This document shows, piece by piece, positions 8,116-18,530 of a DNA stretch of 64,000 bases. The stretch comes from a virus (taxonomy: Duplodnaviria > Caudoviricetes). Both the position numbers and the translations under genes were made by a program. How positions within the stretch are numbered: the stretch's first letter is position 1; each line of letters starts with the position of its first letter. Location of the stretch: the IMG/VR virus record IMGVR_UViG_3300010885_080481. One strand, 5' to 3'. The notes below the pieces were generated by a model. It made no database searches. It saw only the letters and a program-made list of their open reading frames with translations, and was not told the DNA's origin.

Positions 8116-10594
8116 ACTTTACTTTGAAGGCAATCTTGTCAGTGTGCCTCTTCATAATTGGTTGAGCCAATTGGGTTTTCATGACCACGTTGAGATTATC
8201 ATCGTGAAAGTTTATGCCTGTTATGTAAACAAACTTTGAATCATACTCATTAGGACGTAATGTTGATGGCACATTTTCATAAGTTGGATTTGAAGAAGAG
8301 TTTAAAAGGTTTGCTGGTGCTACTACTTCGAATCTCAAGGTATGAATGTTCTGTTCACCTTTAAAAGACATTTCGAATTGATCTTTACCGAAAAAGTACA
8401 AATGAGGATTTTTTATAGCTATTATTCCTTCATTATAAAAAATAGTTCCAACTGCATTCCATTGGCAATGTTTAGTTTCTGCGTCGGCTCTATACAAAGT
8501 TCCATTACCGTTGTCTTTGATTCTAATCTTGACGGCGCCACCAGATCCTGTTAACGCATTGTCATAAAGCGTAAAACTTCCTGGTATTATGTTCAATCCG
8601 TAATACAAATTGCTAACGTCAAAAAATGTTATTTGGTTAGAACTGTTGTCTTTAGTTCTTATTACGTCAGCCGCAGGAAAGTTATATTGAACGACTCTAG
8701 CTGTATTATGATTCGTCAAATTAAAAGTTTGATTTTGATAAGCATAAATTGAGCCGCCTATGTTTGGTGACACAGGATTTTCAGGAGTTGTCACGAGCAG
8801 GCTTGTTATACTTTGTTCAGATGCTGGTTCTTGTGCATTAAAATATTGGGATTTTAATGCAATCATGTTATTAAGGCTTATGAACCCAGGAGAAAAAGAG
8901 TAGTAATCATCCACATTAGTTGTCGTAAGTTCTTCGTTTCTTAAAACATCATAGTTGGGATAAAAGTTGCCGTCGTCGCAAGGAAGTATCAATAAGTTTC
9001 TTTTTCTGTTAGACGGGACGTCGTAAATGTAGTCATTAGCTTTTCTAGTTTGACCTGATATAGTGGGCCAGCTATATTCATATCCTATTTGTCTTGCGAA
9101 ATTATTTGTAGAAAAATCTTTTAGAAAATTTTCAGTGTTTATTAAATGACCGTTCGATCCAAAAGCTAGCTGAATGTTAAAAGGTGTAACAGTGGTTCCT
9201 GAATTTACGTTATTTACTCGCCAAGGAACTTGGCTTCTTATGGCCGTTTTTTCTACGAAAAATGGAGGTAAGTAAAATGCCGTCCCGGCCAATGCTATTT
9301 CATTGGGTCCATAAGAGCTAGAAACTCTTATTTCTGCATCTGTGATATAATAATTTTTTATAGTTAAATTATGCAGTTCTGCTTGAAGAGGGTGATTTAA
9401 AACTAGCGGCCAAGGTTCATCTACAGAGCTATCTGGATCTAATTCGTAGGTTCCCCACTTTTGTTTTGCTAGGTTGGTAAAAAACTTTTTTTGTTGATTT
9501 AATCCTACGTTATTTCCTTCAAAGAAATTTCCTACTAATAAAGCATCGGGATTTCCTGAGTTCTTAAAAACTTTTGGAGAGATAGTACCTGAAGGTAATG
9601 AAAAATTACCCTTATTAATTCCATCGATTATAAAAGAACCTGTTCCGTTATTTACTGAACCTCCTCCCCAACGAATGACGGCATGATGCCAATTATTCCA
9701 TGCCAAGGCGTTGTCATCGGATATAAAAGTTAAATCGTTAGGATATCCTCCTGAAGTGGCGAGGGAAGGTCGAGCGTCGGCACTGTGACTCAATTGTAAC
9801 ATCAATCGGAATCCAATAGGCAATCCGTTAAAATCTTTTTTAGATCCTGTTATCAAAGAAACAGCGTAAGAAGAAGATAGATGAAAAATTGTGCCTGCTT
9901 TAAAATGACCTTTTTCTAAAGAATTGTATTTTGGATTTATGTGAAAATCAAAAGAAAAATTGTTATGTATAGTGTATACACCCGAAGCATGATCAGGATA
10001 AGAAGAAGCCCACCTACCATCATCATAGTTTGGATAAACTAATGCTGTCTTGTTGTCATATCCTAGAGGTGTTGTTGAGGACGAGAAAAAATTAAGAGAA
10101 TGATAGTTGCAATAGCCCCAATGGGCCGATGGATATGCACTTTTGTAGTAAGTGGATAGATTGTTTTTTATTATGGATTTTCTTAAGTAATTTTTAGAAA
10201 AATATGTGTAATTAGGGAGCGCGTCTTCAACGGATCCGCTGACAGGGGTCGGAGTGAACCTGATGATATCTAGCTTTTTTTGTTTTTTTGCAGATACTGT
10301 TTGATTTTTTACATCAACGTCCAAATAATCTTTTAGATTATTTAAAACGTTGTTGTTGTTTGGATTTTTTACAGCATTTTTGATGCTGTTTATTGAAATT
10401 TCAATGTCTTTATCATTGAATGTGCTCTCTAAAAATCCTTCTAGGGGTCTTAGTTCTTTTTCGATTGTAGAACGTCTTTGAAAAATGTGTAAAGAACCAG
10501 TTACGCCTGAAGAACTAGACGAATAAAAACGAGTTGGATTCGTCGCGACAGTAACAGTTTGAAAATCTAACTGGTTTATCTTGAATATTGACAT
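8105..10594 (-). CDS. virion structural protein with LamG/ConA-like region and C-terminal tail-collar-like domain
   Basis: FSFDFHINP and WHHAVIRW LamG-like strands; C-terminus SSNPTY...YITGINFHDDNLNVVMKTQLAQP...FKVKYDW. Confidence 0.6.
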   Translation of the reverse strand: MSIFKINQLDFQTVTVATNPTRFYSSSSSGVTGSLHIFQRRSTIEKELRPLEGFLESTFNDKDIEISINSIKNAVKNPNNNNVLNNLKDYLDVDVKNQTVSAKKQKKLDIIRFTPTPVSGSVEDALPNYTYFSKNYLRKSIIKNNLSTYYKSAYPSAHWGYCNYHSLNFFSSSTTPLGYDNKTALVYPNYDDGRWASSYPDHASGVYTIHNNFSFDFHINPKYNSLEKGHFKAGTIFHLSSSYAVSLITGSKKDFNGLPIGFRLMLQLSHSADARPSLATSGGYPNDLTFISDDNALAWNNWHHAVIRWGGGSVNNGTGSFIIDGINKGNFSLPSGTISPKVFKNSGNPDALLVGNFFEGNNVGLNQQKKFFTNLAKQKWGTYELDPDSSVDEPWPLVLNHPLQAELHNLTIKNYYITDAEIRVSSSYGPNEIALAGTAFYLPPFFVEKTAIRSQVPWRVNNVNSGTTVTPFNIQLAFGSNGHLINTENFLKDFSTNNFARQIGYEYSWPTISGQTRKANDYIYDVPSNRKRNLLILPCDDGNFYPNYDVLRNEELTTTNVDDYYSFSPGFISLNNMIALKSQYFNAQEPASEQSITSLLVTTPENPVSPNIGGSIYAYQNQTFNLTNHNTARVVQYNFPAADVIRTKDNSSNQITFFDVSNLYYGLNIIPGSFTLYDNALTGSGGAVKIRIKDNGNGTLYRADAETKHCQWNAVGTIFYNEGIIAIKNPHLYFFGKDQFEMSFKGEQNIHTLRFEVVAPANLLNSSSNPTYENVPSTLRPNEYDSKFVYITGINFHDDNLNVVMKTQLAQPIMKRHTDKIAFKVKYDW

Positions 10595-10620
10595 TAAAAT
10601 TCTTCATTATCTTAATGATA

Positions 10621-11829
10621 TCAGAAATCAAGTCTAACTCGGAATGTCAAGTCTCTTTCGGGGCTTTTTTCGACAGGTCTACTTAGTTTAGCTACGGCTA
10701 ACAGGTTATCGTTGGCGTCATAAAGTCCAATCGACGTAATAAACGAGAAAGTTTGTTGCGTAGTTTCTTGTCCTGGGTCTATTACGGTTATTCTATTATC
10801 ATCATCAGTGAAAGTAGGATTAGAAGAATAATTGAATTCATCGGCGCCTGCTCTACAAAAAATCAAGGTGCTGTTGATGTTGGTCGTGTTTTGGAACGTT
10901 ATAGCAGTTAGAGATCCTGAACTAAATCTAGTAGAACAAATGTGGTCTACAACGTTATCAATTGATGCAGAGACGATAAAATCAGGTACAAGTTTTGATC
11001 TTCCTGCTGTTTCAGTTCCAGGACCGCCTAAGATTGTTAGGCCCGTGGGTGTCATCGCGTCGATATTTCCAGACATGAACTGACTTGCTGACGTTATCTT
11101 TTCAAGATCCATGACAGCTATTCCTCTATCATAGAACAACAATCCTACCGTTCTTGATGTGTCAGCAGCATCTACTATGTTGCCTAACTGCCCACCAAAT
11201 TCGGTTATTTGATTCGTCGATGCCCCAATGTCTGTATAGATAGACATCCCTCTCTCAGAAGTTAAATAGATGTTTGGTTTATCTACACCTCCGTCGTATC
11301 TGCTCAAGGATGCAGATTGATAAAATCGCATAGCGAAAGAATCGCGCTTTATAGCATCTCTTGCAAACAAGCGTTTAAAGGCAATAAAGAAAGCTGCGTC
11401 AATTTTATCGTTTGCGCTTTGTGAACCATAAGGCGCAACAAACTGTCGATCAGCGTCTCCTAAAAGAAGCTGGGAAAACTGTCTATAGTTATCCAATTTT
11501 TCACGCATCATCAAAGAAGAAGATGGGAAGATTTCTTTACCAGCAGAATCCACTGAAGATAACGAAGAAGAAGTGATATCAGAAGATGGAAAGACGCCGA
11601 TGGTGCAATCGAACACGGGATTGGCCGTCTGTAACGTAAAATCTTGATCGTACACGGTCTGGAACAAGGATGATGTGATTCCTGGGCCCATTCCTCCTGT
11701 TACGAAAACTTGGTATTTTCTGCGTGAGGTTGATCCGCTGACATCTTCTTGAATTACGTCAATAAGCTGACTAAGGAATGATCTAGCTGTTTTTATATCT
11801 GCTGGTTCTAATGCTTTATATGTTGCCAT
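10621..11829 (-). CDS. virion structural protein, C-terminal tail-collar-like domain
   Basis: SSNPTF...ITSIGLYDANDNLLAVAKLSRP...FRVRLDF resembles the ELGLYDDAGTLIAVA segment of P2 gpH/DUF3751. Confidence 0.6.
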   Translation of the reverse strand: MATYKALEPADIKTARSFLSQLIDVIQEDVSGSTSRRKYQVFVTGGMGPGITSSLFQTVYDQDFTLQTANPVFDCTIGVFPSSDITSSSLSSVDSAGKEIFPSSSLMMREKLDNYRQFSQLLLGDADRQFVAPYGSQSANDKIDAAFFIAFKRLFARDAIKRDSFAMRFYQSASLSRYDGGVDKPNIYLTSERGMSIYTDIGASTNQITEFGGQLGNIVDAADTSRTVGLLFYDRGIAVMDLEKITSASQFMSGNIDAMTPTGLTILGGPGTETAGRSKLVPDFIVSASIDNVVDHICSTRFSSGSLTAITFQNTTNINSTLIFCRAGADEFNYSSNPTFTDDDNRITVIDPGQETTQQTFSFITSIGLYDANDNLLAVAKLSRPVEKSPERDLTFRVRLDF

Positions 11830-11864
11830 TTTGTCAGTTTACCAATCTTATAATTTGTAAGATG

Positions 11865-12587
11865 TCAAGTCGCTTGCTTTATGTCGATAGCAATGTCTTT
11901 AACAACCCCAGAATTTACGCCTGTAACTCTTACATAAGTTTTTATCGTATTTTTTGTGGTTCCTGTTCCGTACACATCAAACAACGTAGTTGTTAAAGAC
12001 TTAGCAGATACTACGAAATCTAATATCGCACCTCCAGTGGACGTGGTGTTAGATTTCGGTACCATATAATAAGCTCTTTGTTGATTATCGATGTTGTTAG
12101 GAGACGCGTTCGATCCCAACCTAAGAAATATGTTGGGCAAATCTACCATAAAAACTTCATCTCTTAACTCGACGTCTATTGAGGTTTCATTCAATATAGT
12201 TTGAGTCAAAGTAATTCTTGCTTGCGTTTGTTTTCCAATTGCTGTTGACGTGTAAATGACGAAAGTATTACTAGAAAAAGTAGAATCCCCTGTTAACTCT
12301 AGTTTTGGTAATCTAAGCAAATTAGGATTAGAAACGCTTATTAATTTATACTTTTGAGCATGAGCTTGGCTTGTTAATCCCTCAAAGATAGGTGTGTTCT
12401 TTTCTATCTTTTCTCTGCCTACAGTTCTACCATACTTTTTAATAATTTCGTAGTTGACTTCATCATCTCCTAAAGCGAATTTGGCTATAGAAAAGCTTCC
12501 ATCATTTCTTGACAAAAATTGTCGACCAGTGTCCGTCAATACTGCATCGAGAATAATATTGTTAGTGCTGTGGTCTAAAAAGCCCAT
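11865..12587 (-). CDS. virion structural protein, N-terminal tail-collar-like motif
   Basis: DAVLTDTGRQFLS...IAKFALGDD resembles VITTAGAAKLA...ITTMAVGDG of P2 gpH. Confidence 0.55.
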   Translation of the reverse strand: MGFLDHSTNNIILDAVLTDTGRQFLSRNDGSFSIAKFALGDDEVNYEIIKKYGRTVGREKIEKNTPIFEGLTSQAHAQKYKLISVSNPNLLRLPKLELTGDSTFSSNTFVIYTSTAIGKQTQARITLTQTILNETSIDVELRDEVFMVDLPNIFLRLGSNASPNNIDNQQRAYYMVPKSNTTSTGGAILDFVVSAKSLTTTLFDVYGTGTTKNTIKTYVRVTGVNSGVVKDIAIDIKQAT

Positions 12588-12666
12588 GTTTTCACCTAAA
12601 TTCTACTTGTAACTATTGGACAAGTAAATTTGTATGACCTAAATTATATTTTTGCGATATTTTTCT

Positions 12667-14526
12667 TTAAGAAGATTTTATTATTTTTATGTCTAACGCA
12701 ACATTATCTTGATTGTCTATATTGATAAAATTTATTTTGTATTTAGTGCTTTCCATTTCAGATTTAAACAACTTTACTTTATTGCTAGTCCCTTGAACTT
12801 CGTAGCAGTCTGGAGTGAAATAAGCATGTATAGTTTTCTTATTAGAAGTTTTGATAGAATCTATAAACATGTCTTCTGCTAGATAAAGATTAGGATATTG
12901 TTTTGGAGCTCCTGCAATGGAAATTGCTGTGACTATAATCTTATTTTTGTAAGAATCAAATTTGACCTTGAATTGTTCCGAGTAATTAGAAGTCAACCCG
13001 TGGGCGTCGATACAAGCTAAAGCGTAGATGTATTCTGAATCTTTCATGAATTCATCATCATAATATGACTTTTTTGGTGTTGCTGTTTTCTCTATTAACG
13101 CAGGATTTATCTCGTCTTCTAACAAAGGAAACTTAATATCTGCATCATTAAAATCATACATTTTTATCAATTCAAAAGGTTCATCAACTGATGATTTTCT
13201 TCTGAATACTTGAAAATATTTTATATCTAACTGAGAATTTATGGGGAATGTCCAATATAGAAACAAAGACCCATATTTTCCCGTGTTAGGATAAGGAGCG
13301 TTGGTGACGGAATCGTATTGCATAGTAAGTGGATTGATTCTGTCATAATTCCACATGAACTTTAACTCGGTAGGTGGTGGAGGACCAACATTCTCAGTTG
13401 TTTCAACTACAGTCACTACAGGCCTAGAAGCGATGAGACTCTTTACGGTTGACGTGTTATAGTTTACGTTATTTACAGCTGAGTACTGCACGTCTACTAC
13501 CGATCTAATGCTGTAAGAATATAACGTTCCATATCTAACGTTGAAATCAACGAATGAAGTCTTAGAAGGATTTTCTATTACAATTGTTTCTTTTTGCAAT
13601 TTGGATCCATCAGGAAAAATCTCTGATTTTTCTATGACATAGCCTACCAATCTTACAGTACTGTCAGAAACTCCAGCAACATTATTATCTGCTGAAATTA
13701 TTTCATAGTAATCAACGTTGGTTTTAAATTCGTAAGGAGGTAAAAGGCTACCTGCTTTTGCTGCATCTGGTAATAGCGTTTGAAAAGATTGTTGGTTTAA
13801 AGTCAGCGGATTACCAGCTGCATCAATGACTAAAGAATCTACAACATTGTTGCTAATTTGCGTAGATGTGCTTAGCTTTTTTAAGCTTTCTAAGTAGCTA
13901 TTTTTTATGACTGCTCCGCCATTATTTCTGAATATCGTTCCTTTGATTAAAGGCTGGCCTGATAAAGGCGGCGGAGAATCAGGATTTACTGGTTCTGCTT
14001 CTTTTGTTATGGAAGATTTTGAAGAAAAATTTGAAGAATGATTGACGCTTGTCGCTTTTTCTAAAGAAGAATTATTAAACTGCAAAGATGTATAGTAATT
14101 TCCTGAAAAATTTTCTTCATTAATTATTTTAGAATTGTAAGCAGAAACTACACCGTTGTTAGCAACTTTGATTTCAATTTTTTTAGGTCTATTAAAAGAT
14201 ACTTTTATATATCGGGGGAATTTATCTCTATTTTCTATTAATTCTGCGTCCGTGTAATCATAATTTTTTCTATTGCTGCTACCAACGATAAGATCATTAT
14301 CAATTCTCAATTTAACTCTTAAGTTTTGCAGAATGTTGTTGTCTCTGGTCGATTCATCAGTGGTAAAAAAATTATAGATAAAAGCAGAAGTTAAATTAGT
14401 AACTTCAGGTACATCCGCTGAATAAACTAGCCTAGATGGATAAGAAAAAACGCTCTGCTGGCTAAATTCTACAGATTCGAGAGCTATTTTAGCAGATTTA
14501 TTAAAAATATTTCTTGATAGTGTCAT
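12667..14526 (-). CDS. putative virion protein with FN3/Ig-like segments (619 aa)
   Basis: GYVIEK...FVDFNVRYGTLYSYSIRS and FQVFRR...YYDDEF...YIYALACID FN3-like patterns; inside the structural block. Confidence 0.5.
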   Translation of the reverse strand: MTLSRNIFNKSAKIALESVEFSQQSVFSYPSRLVYSADVPEVTNLTSAFIYNFFTTDESTRDNNILQNLRVKLRIDNDLIVGSSNRKNYDYTDAELIENRDKFPRYIKVSFNRPKKIEIKVANNGVVSAYNSKIINEENFSGNYYTSLQFNNSSLEKATSVNHSSNFSSKSSITKEAEPVNPDSPPPLSGQPLIKGTIFRNNGGAVIKNSYLESLKKLSTSTQISNNVVDSLVIDAAGNPLTLNQQSFQTLLPDAAKAGSLLPPYEFKTNVDYYEIISADNNVAGVSDSTVRLVGYVIEKSEIFPDGSKLQKETIVIENPSKTSFVDFNVRYGTLYSYSIRSVVDVQYSAVNNVNYNTSTVKSLIASRPVVTVVETTENVGPPPPTELKFMWNYDRINPLTMQYDSVTNAPYPNTGKYGSLFLYWTFPINSQLDIKYFQVFRRKSSVDEPFELIKMYDFNDADIKFPLLEDEINPALIEKTATPKKSYYDDEFMKDSEYIYALACIDAHGLTSNYSEQFKVKFDSYKNKIIVTAISIAGAPKQYPNLYLAEDMFIDSIKTSNKKTIHAYFTPDCYEVQGTSNKVKLFKSEMESTKYKINFINIDNQDNVALDIKIIKSS

Positions 14527-14535
14527 AGCTTCTTT

Positions 14536-17500
14536 TCAAAATTTGGAATTATTGTAAGTCGACAGCTTAGCTATATTTCCTATATCATTTAATATTTCTT
14601 TAGAAATATTCTTAAGATCGCCAACGGAAGTAGAAGCTGCCTTTTTTATCTCACTTGGTTGCTTGATATTTTCAGTTAATTGTTTACCTATTGATAACTT
14701 AATAGATTTTGCATGAGTTTCTAAAACGGCAAAATAAGAGTATAACGTTACATCACTTTCAGTTTTATCGTTATCGTAGTATACATTTCCGACTTGTTTT
14801 ATCTTTCCTAAAGACACCATCGCTTCAAGCAGTTTTTTACCTATAGAAGTGCTTTGAGTTGCTGATACATCAACTTGAAACTCTGGATCGAATATTATAT
14901 TAAAAACTCTGTCAAACTTTTTAGGAGCCACCAATTTTTTGAGAAATTCTATATTGGACGGAAATATCTTTTCAGAAAAAGTCGTTGCATTTCCAAAGTT
15001 TTTTCTAGATCTGTTTTGGGATATTTCTAAAGAAAGTAAAGCCTCTGCTTCTGCTGTGTCTAGATTAAACGTTGTTTCATTAAGTACCAAGCCTGTAGTG
15101 ATCTTTAGATAATTTTCTAATAAAAAGCTAATAATATGGTTCTCTATTATTTGTGATTTTTCATAGTCATTTAAAAAGCTATATTCTTCATCATCAAGAT
15201 TTGGAACTATCGTTGATACTTCTCCACCATCTTTTGAATTAGACTTGTTAAAAAAAGAATAATTTCTAGTGTAAAGCTGCTTTATATCAGAAACGTTGTC
15301 TGGAATTTTGTCCACTATTCTAACTGGGTATCTTGATGCTTCAAACAAAAATGTTTTTGGTAAATAAATGACGTCGCTATTCAGCAAGTCCATTTTATAA
15401 ATGGATACTTTTATGATGTCATCGTGCTTGTTTGTGCTTTTTTCAAGTTGAACTTGCGTTAAAAGATTTTTTATCAAGTTTTGCGCAAGACCAACGGTTA
15501 TGATCTTTTTGTTGTATCCTTTGACTTTTGCAAATTCTTGGTTGTTAAAAAATCTCTTTAAAACTTTTACCATTTTATCGGAATGAGAAAGAGTTTCTAG
15601 ATGGTTGTTGAAATACACCTTGGAAGTATTATCGCTAGAAGTAAACTTATCAACTGAAGCGTTCATGTCTTCCAGATTAGATAGCAACAAACTCAATTGA
15701 TTTTTAGAAAGTAAAAACTTTAACTTTTCTTTACCTCCCATGTACTGTGCTAAATAAGTCAGCTCCGCTCCAGCTAATGAGTTAATTGTTGCAAGAGAAT
15801 CATTTATTCCTTTTTTTAGAGTTTTTATCGTATTCAAAGCCGTAATAATAGATGTATTCAAATATGAAATTTCATTTTTAATTTTGCTTCTTATTGGCCC
15901 TGCTGACATTAGAGCATAAACTGAATTATTAAATCCATTATTAGTCACACCAGGAGACAACTGTACGTAAGAACTCCAAAGCCAAGCTTTTTTTACATTA
16001 TCTCCTGACGAATTTACGTTAAATTTATCTTCTTTCGGTGCAGGTAATTTGCCAATAGTGTTATTGAATTGATCCATCGCCCAGGCTCTTACTTCGCTAC
16101 CTTCCATTAACTTTATGCACTTAAATAAAGTTTCAAACATCATTAACTTAATAGTTTGAAAAGACACCCCATTAAAGCTAGTTAAACCAGCTAAGTTACC
16201 AGAAGCATAAGTAAATAAAACTTTTTCAACTTCTTTAAGCACCTCAGCAATTAGCTTAAACACCGGGTTAGCTCTTAAAGCTTCACCAAATCTTAAGGCA
16301 TTTTCATATCGACACGGCAACCATGAAAATTCTCCACTCTGTAATCTATCTTCAATTTGCGAAATTGCTTGACCAAAAGTTGCCTCACCAGATTTTTCAC
16401 TTTTAGTGTTAGCTGCTGCTGCGTTTTGCTTCTCAATGTAAGATTTTATTGCGTTTATATCATCTTTTATCTCTTGAGGAAAGTCTCCTAAACTTACGCT
16501 TTTATCTTTAAGAAATCTATGTATTAAAACGTCTAAAAGGTAAAAAGAACCGTTAGGAGATGAATTGTAAAAATGTATCATCAAATAAACCAAACTTTTT
16601 AGTTTGACGTAACCAGGTTTATTGATGTGCTTTAAAAATGATATCACTCCTAAATTTGGATTGTTATAATCAAATTCTGCTTTATTTAAATTTGAGTTTA
16701 AGATATCAAAAATCTTATTAAAGAAAATAGTGGGATCTGTCGACACGTAGTTAGGCGAAAATTCTTTATTAAAAACTTGAGAATCTTTTGTGCTCAGCAT
16801 TCCTAAGTCATAAGCAATTGTAGAAAAATGCAAGTCTAAAGAAGACAACTTATTTCCCAACAAATTTGCCCTGTTTCTAAGATCATAGTTTCCATTTGAA
16901 TCTACAAATTCTACCAATCTTTCTTCGCTGTAAATGTAACTGCCGGCGTCGACTATATTAGGGAACGTATTTTTTTCTGACTTTATGATCTGGTTTTCTG
17001 ACTCTTCTAATGTGAGAACAGATTTATCATTTGTCAACAAAAAAGATAATCCTTTTAAAGAATTTTGAGAATTTGTATTGACGGGAGAATAAATCCTGTC
17101 ATTATTTTTTACGTTACCTATAACCTTTTCTAGGAAATCATAGTTAGCTGATTTATCATTAGAACTTGCTCGAAGTCCTGGCAAAGACGTATTAAAAAAG
17201 TTTAACGCATTAGCTAACTTGGCAGACGATGGGTCGTAGCACGATGATATTCTAATTTCTTTACAAATGGAATTTAAAATAACTGCAATAATTTTTGTTT
17301 CATCTAAATCTATCTTGCTTAAAGAAGCATTCAAAGCAATAAAAATATTATTAAATCTATTCGTTTCTGTTTCTATTTCATCTAGTTTTTCAGCTAGCTG
17401 CGGAGGGATTTGACTATCTGTAATAAAATCTGATATACTTTCTGAGTCGACCACTACATCTAGACTTAATCCAGAAGTAACTTCTAAATTTGTTGCTGCA

Positions 17501-18528
17501 ATTTCAGAGTCTGTTTCAAATTTTGAAAAAATAGATAACTTTTCATCACCAGCTCTAGTGGGTATAGACTTGGCATCAGAACCTGTATACGGTTCTTTTG
17601 AAACGTATAAGTTTAACAAGTTTTGTGTTTCTTTTACTAACATTAACCAAAGTTTAGTAGAAGAAAATTTAGACAAATCACTTTCTTCTATCTTTGTTAG
17701 TAACGCTAACACTTTCACTAAATTCGTTTTTTCAGTTGTTAAAGACTTACAATAATCCTTTAATAAATCTTTGTCTGTTTTTGAATCTTCTGGTATTTCT
17801 TTGCTTATAAATTCAAGCGCAGAAAAATCATAAACTTCACTAAACAAGTTTAACCTTTTTCTATCAAGCTCTATTCTTTTCAAAATTTGATAAACTGATT
17901 TTGTTGCATCGGTCAATGAAGCTACACTTTTCTTTATTGCTTCATTCCTTTTTTTTACATTTTCGTTATTTTTTAAACTGTTTATAGCCGTTGCATCATT
18001 TTCTATCTGGCGCATTGTTTGAATGTACACATCAAATAATTTGCCATGTTCGGTTTGTTCGGAATTTTGTTGAAGATACAATGGATGAAAATCAGTCAAC
18101 GCAATAATTTCAGGACGACTATCTGAAATATTGGTTAATTTTTCAAATTCTGATATAGGTTTTTGAGGGGTTGAATCATTGCTGTATGTAACGATATCAC
18201 TTTCTTGAGTTTTATTTCCAAACCCCGTGACCGAGGAAGCGTAATGTCCTAGATCTTTTAGATTACTGCTAAGTCCACCTTCTAAGTTAGTTTTGTTACC
18301 TGAAGGCTTTAATAAAGATGTGACACTTTCTTGGCCGGTGGGCCTCCCTGCGTTTGAACCAGCATCACTAGCAGGTTCTATTTTGGTAATCAAACTGCTG
18401 ATTTTAGATAATGCTTCAGCATTGGCATCTGACATACCAGAAATAGAAACTTTTGAAACAGGTTGAGTTTGAAGTCTACCTGTTTTTAAAAAAGAATTAT
18501 TAGCAGATTTTGGAAATTTTATCGTCAT
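14536..18528 (-). CDS. large hypothetical protein, probably virion-associated (1330 aa)
   Basis: Long intact ORF tightly packed in the structural block; no family recognised. Confidence 0.55.
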   Translation of the reverse strand: MTIKFPKSANNSFLKTGRLQTQPVSKVSISGMSDANAEALSKISSLITKIEPASDAGSNAGRPTGQESVTSLLKPSGNKTNLEGGLSSNLKDLGHYASSVTGFGNKTQESDIVTYSNDSTPQKPISEFEKLTNISDSRPEIIALTDFHPLYLQQNSEQTEHGKLFDVYIQTMRQIENDATAINSLKNNENVKKRNEAIKKSVASLTDATKSVYQILKRIELDRKRLNLFSEVYDFSALEFISKEIPEDSKTDKDLLKDYCKSLTTEKTNLVKVLALLTKIEESDLSKFSSTKLWLMLVKETQNLLNLYVSKEPYTGSDAKSIPTRAGDEKLSIFSKFETDSEIAATNLEVTSGLSLDVVVDSESISDFITDSQIPPQLAEKLDEIETETNRFNNIFIALNASLSKIDLDETKIIAVILNSICKEIRISSCYDPSSAKLANALNFFNTSLPGLRASSNDKSANYDFLEKVIGNVKNNDRIYSPVNTNSQNSLKGLSFLLTNDKSVLTLEESENQIIKSEKNTFPNIVDAGSYIYSEERLVEFVDSNGNYDLRNRANLLGNKLSSLDLHFSTIAYDLGMLSTKDSQVFNKEFSPNYVSTDPTIFFNKIFDILNSNLNKAEFDYNNPNLGVISFLKHINKPGYVKLKSLVYLMIHFYNSSPNGSFYLLDVLIHRFLKDKSVSLGDFPQEIKDDINAIKSYIEKQNAAAANTKSEKSGEATFGQAISQIEDRLQSGEFSWLPCRYENALRFGEALRANPVFKLIAEVLKEVEKVLFTYASGNLAGLTSFNGVSFQTIKLMMFETLFKCIKLMEGSEVRAWAMDQFNNTIGKLPAPKEDKFNVNSSGDNVKKAWLWSSYVQLSPGVTNNGFNNSVYALMSAGPIRSKIKNEISYLNTSIITALNTIKTLKKGINDSLATINSLAGAELTYLAQYMGGKEKLKFLLSKNQLSLLLSNLEDMNASVDKFTSSDNTSKVYFNNHLETLSHSDKMVKVLKRFFNNQEFAKVKGYNKKIITVGLAQNLIKNLLTQVQLEKSTNKHDDIIKVSIYKMDLLNSDVIYLPKTFLFEASRYPVRIVDKIPDNVSDIKQLYTRNYSFFNKSNSKDGGEVSTIVPNLDDEEYSFLNDYEKSQIIENHIISFLLENYLKITTGLVLNETTFNLDTAEAEALLSLEISQNRSRKNFGNATTFSEKIFPSNIEFLKKLVAPKKFDRVFNIIFDPEFQVDVSATQSTSIGKKLLEAMVSLGKIKQVGNVYYDNDKTESDVTLYSYFAVLETHAKSIKLSIGKQLTENIKQPSEIKKAASTSVGDLKNISKEILNDIGNIAKLSTYNNSKF

Positions 18529-18530
18529 AC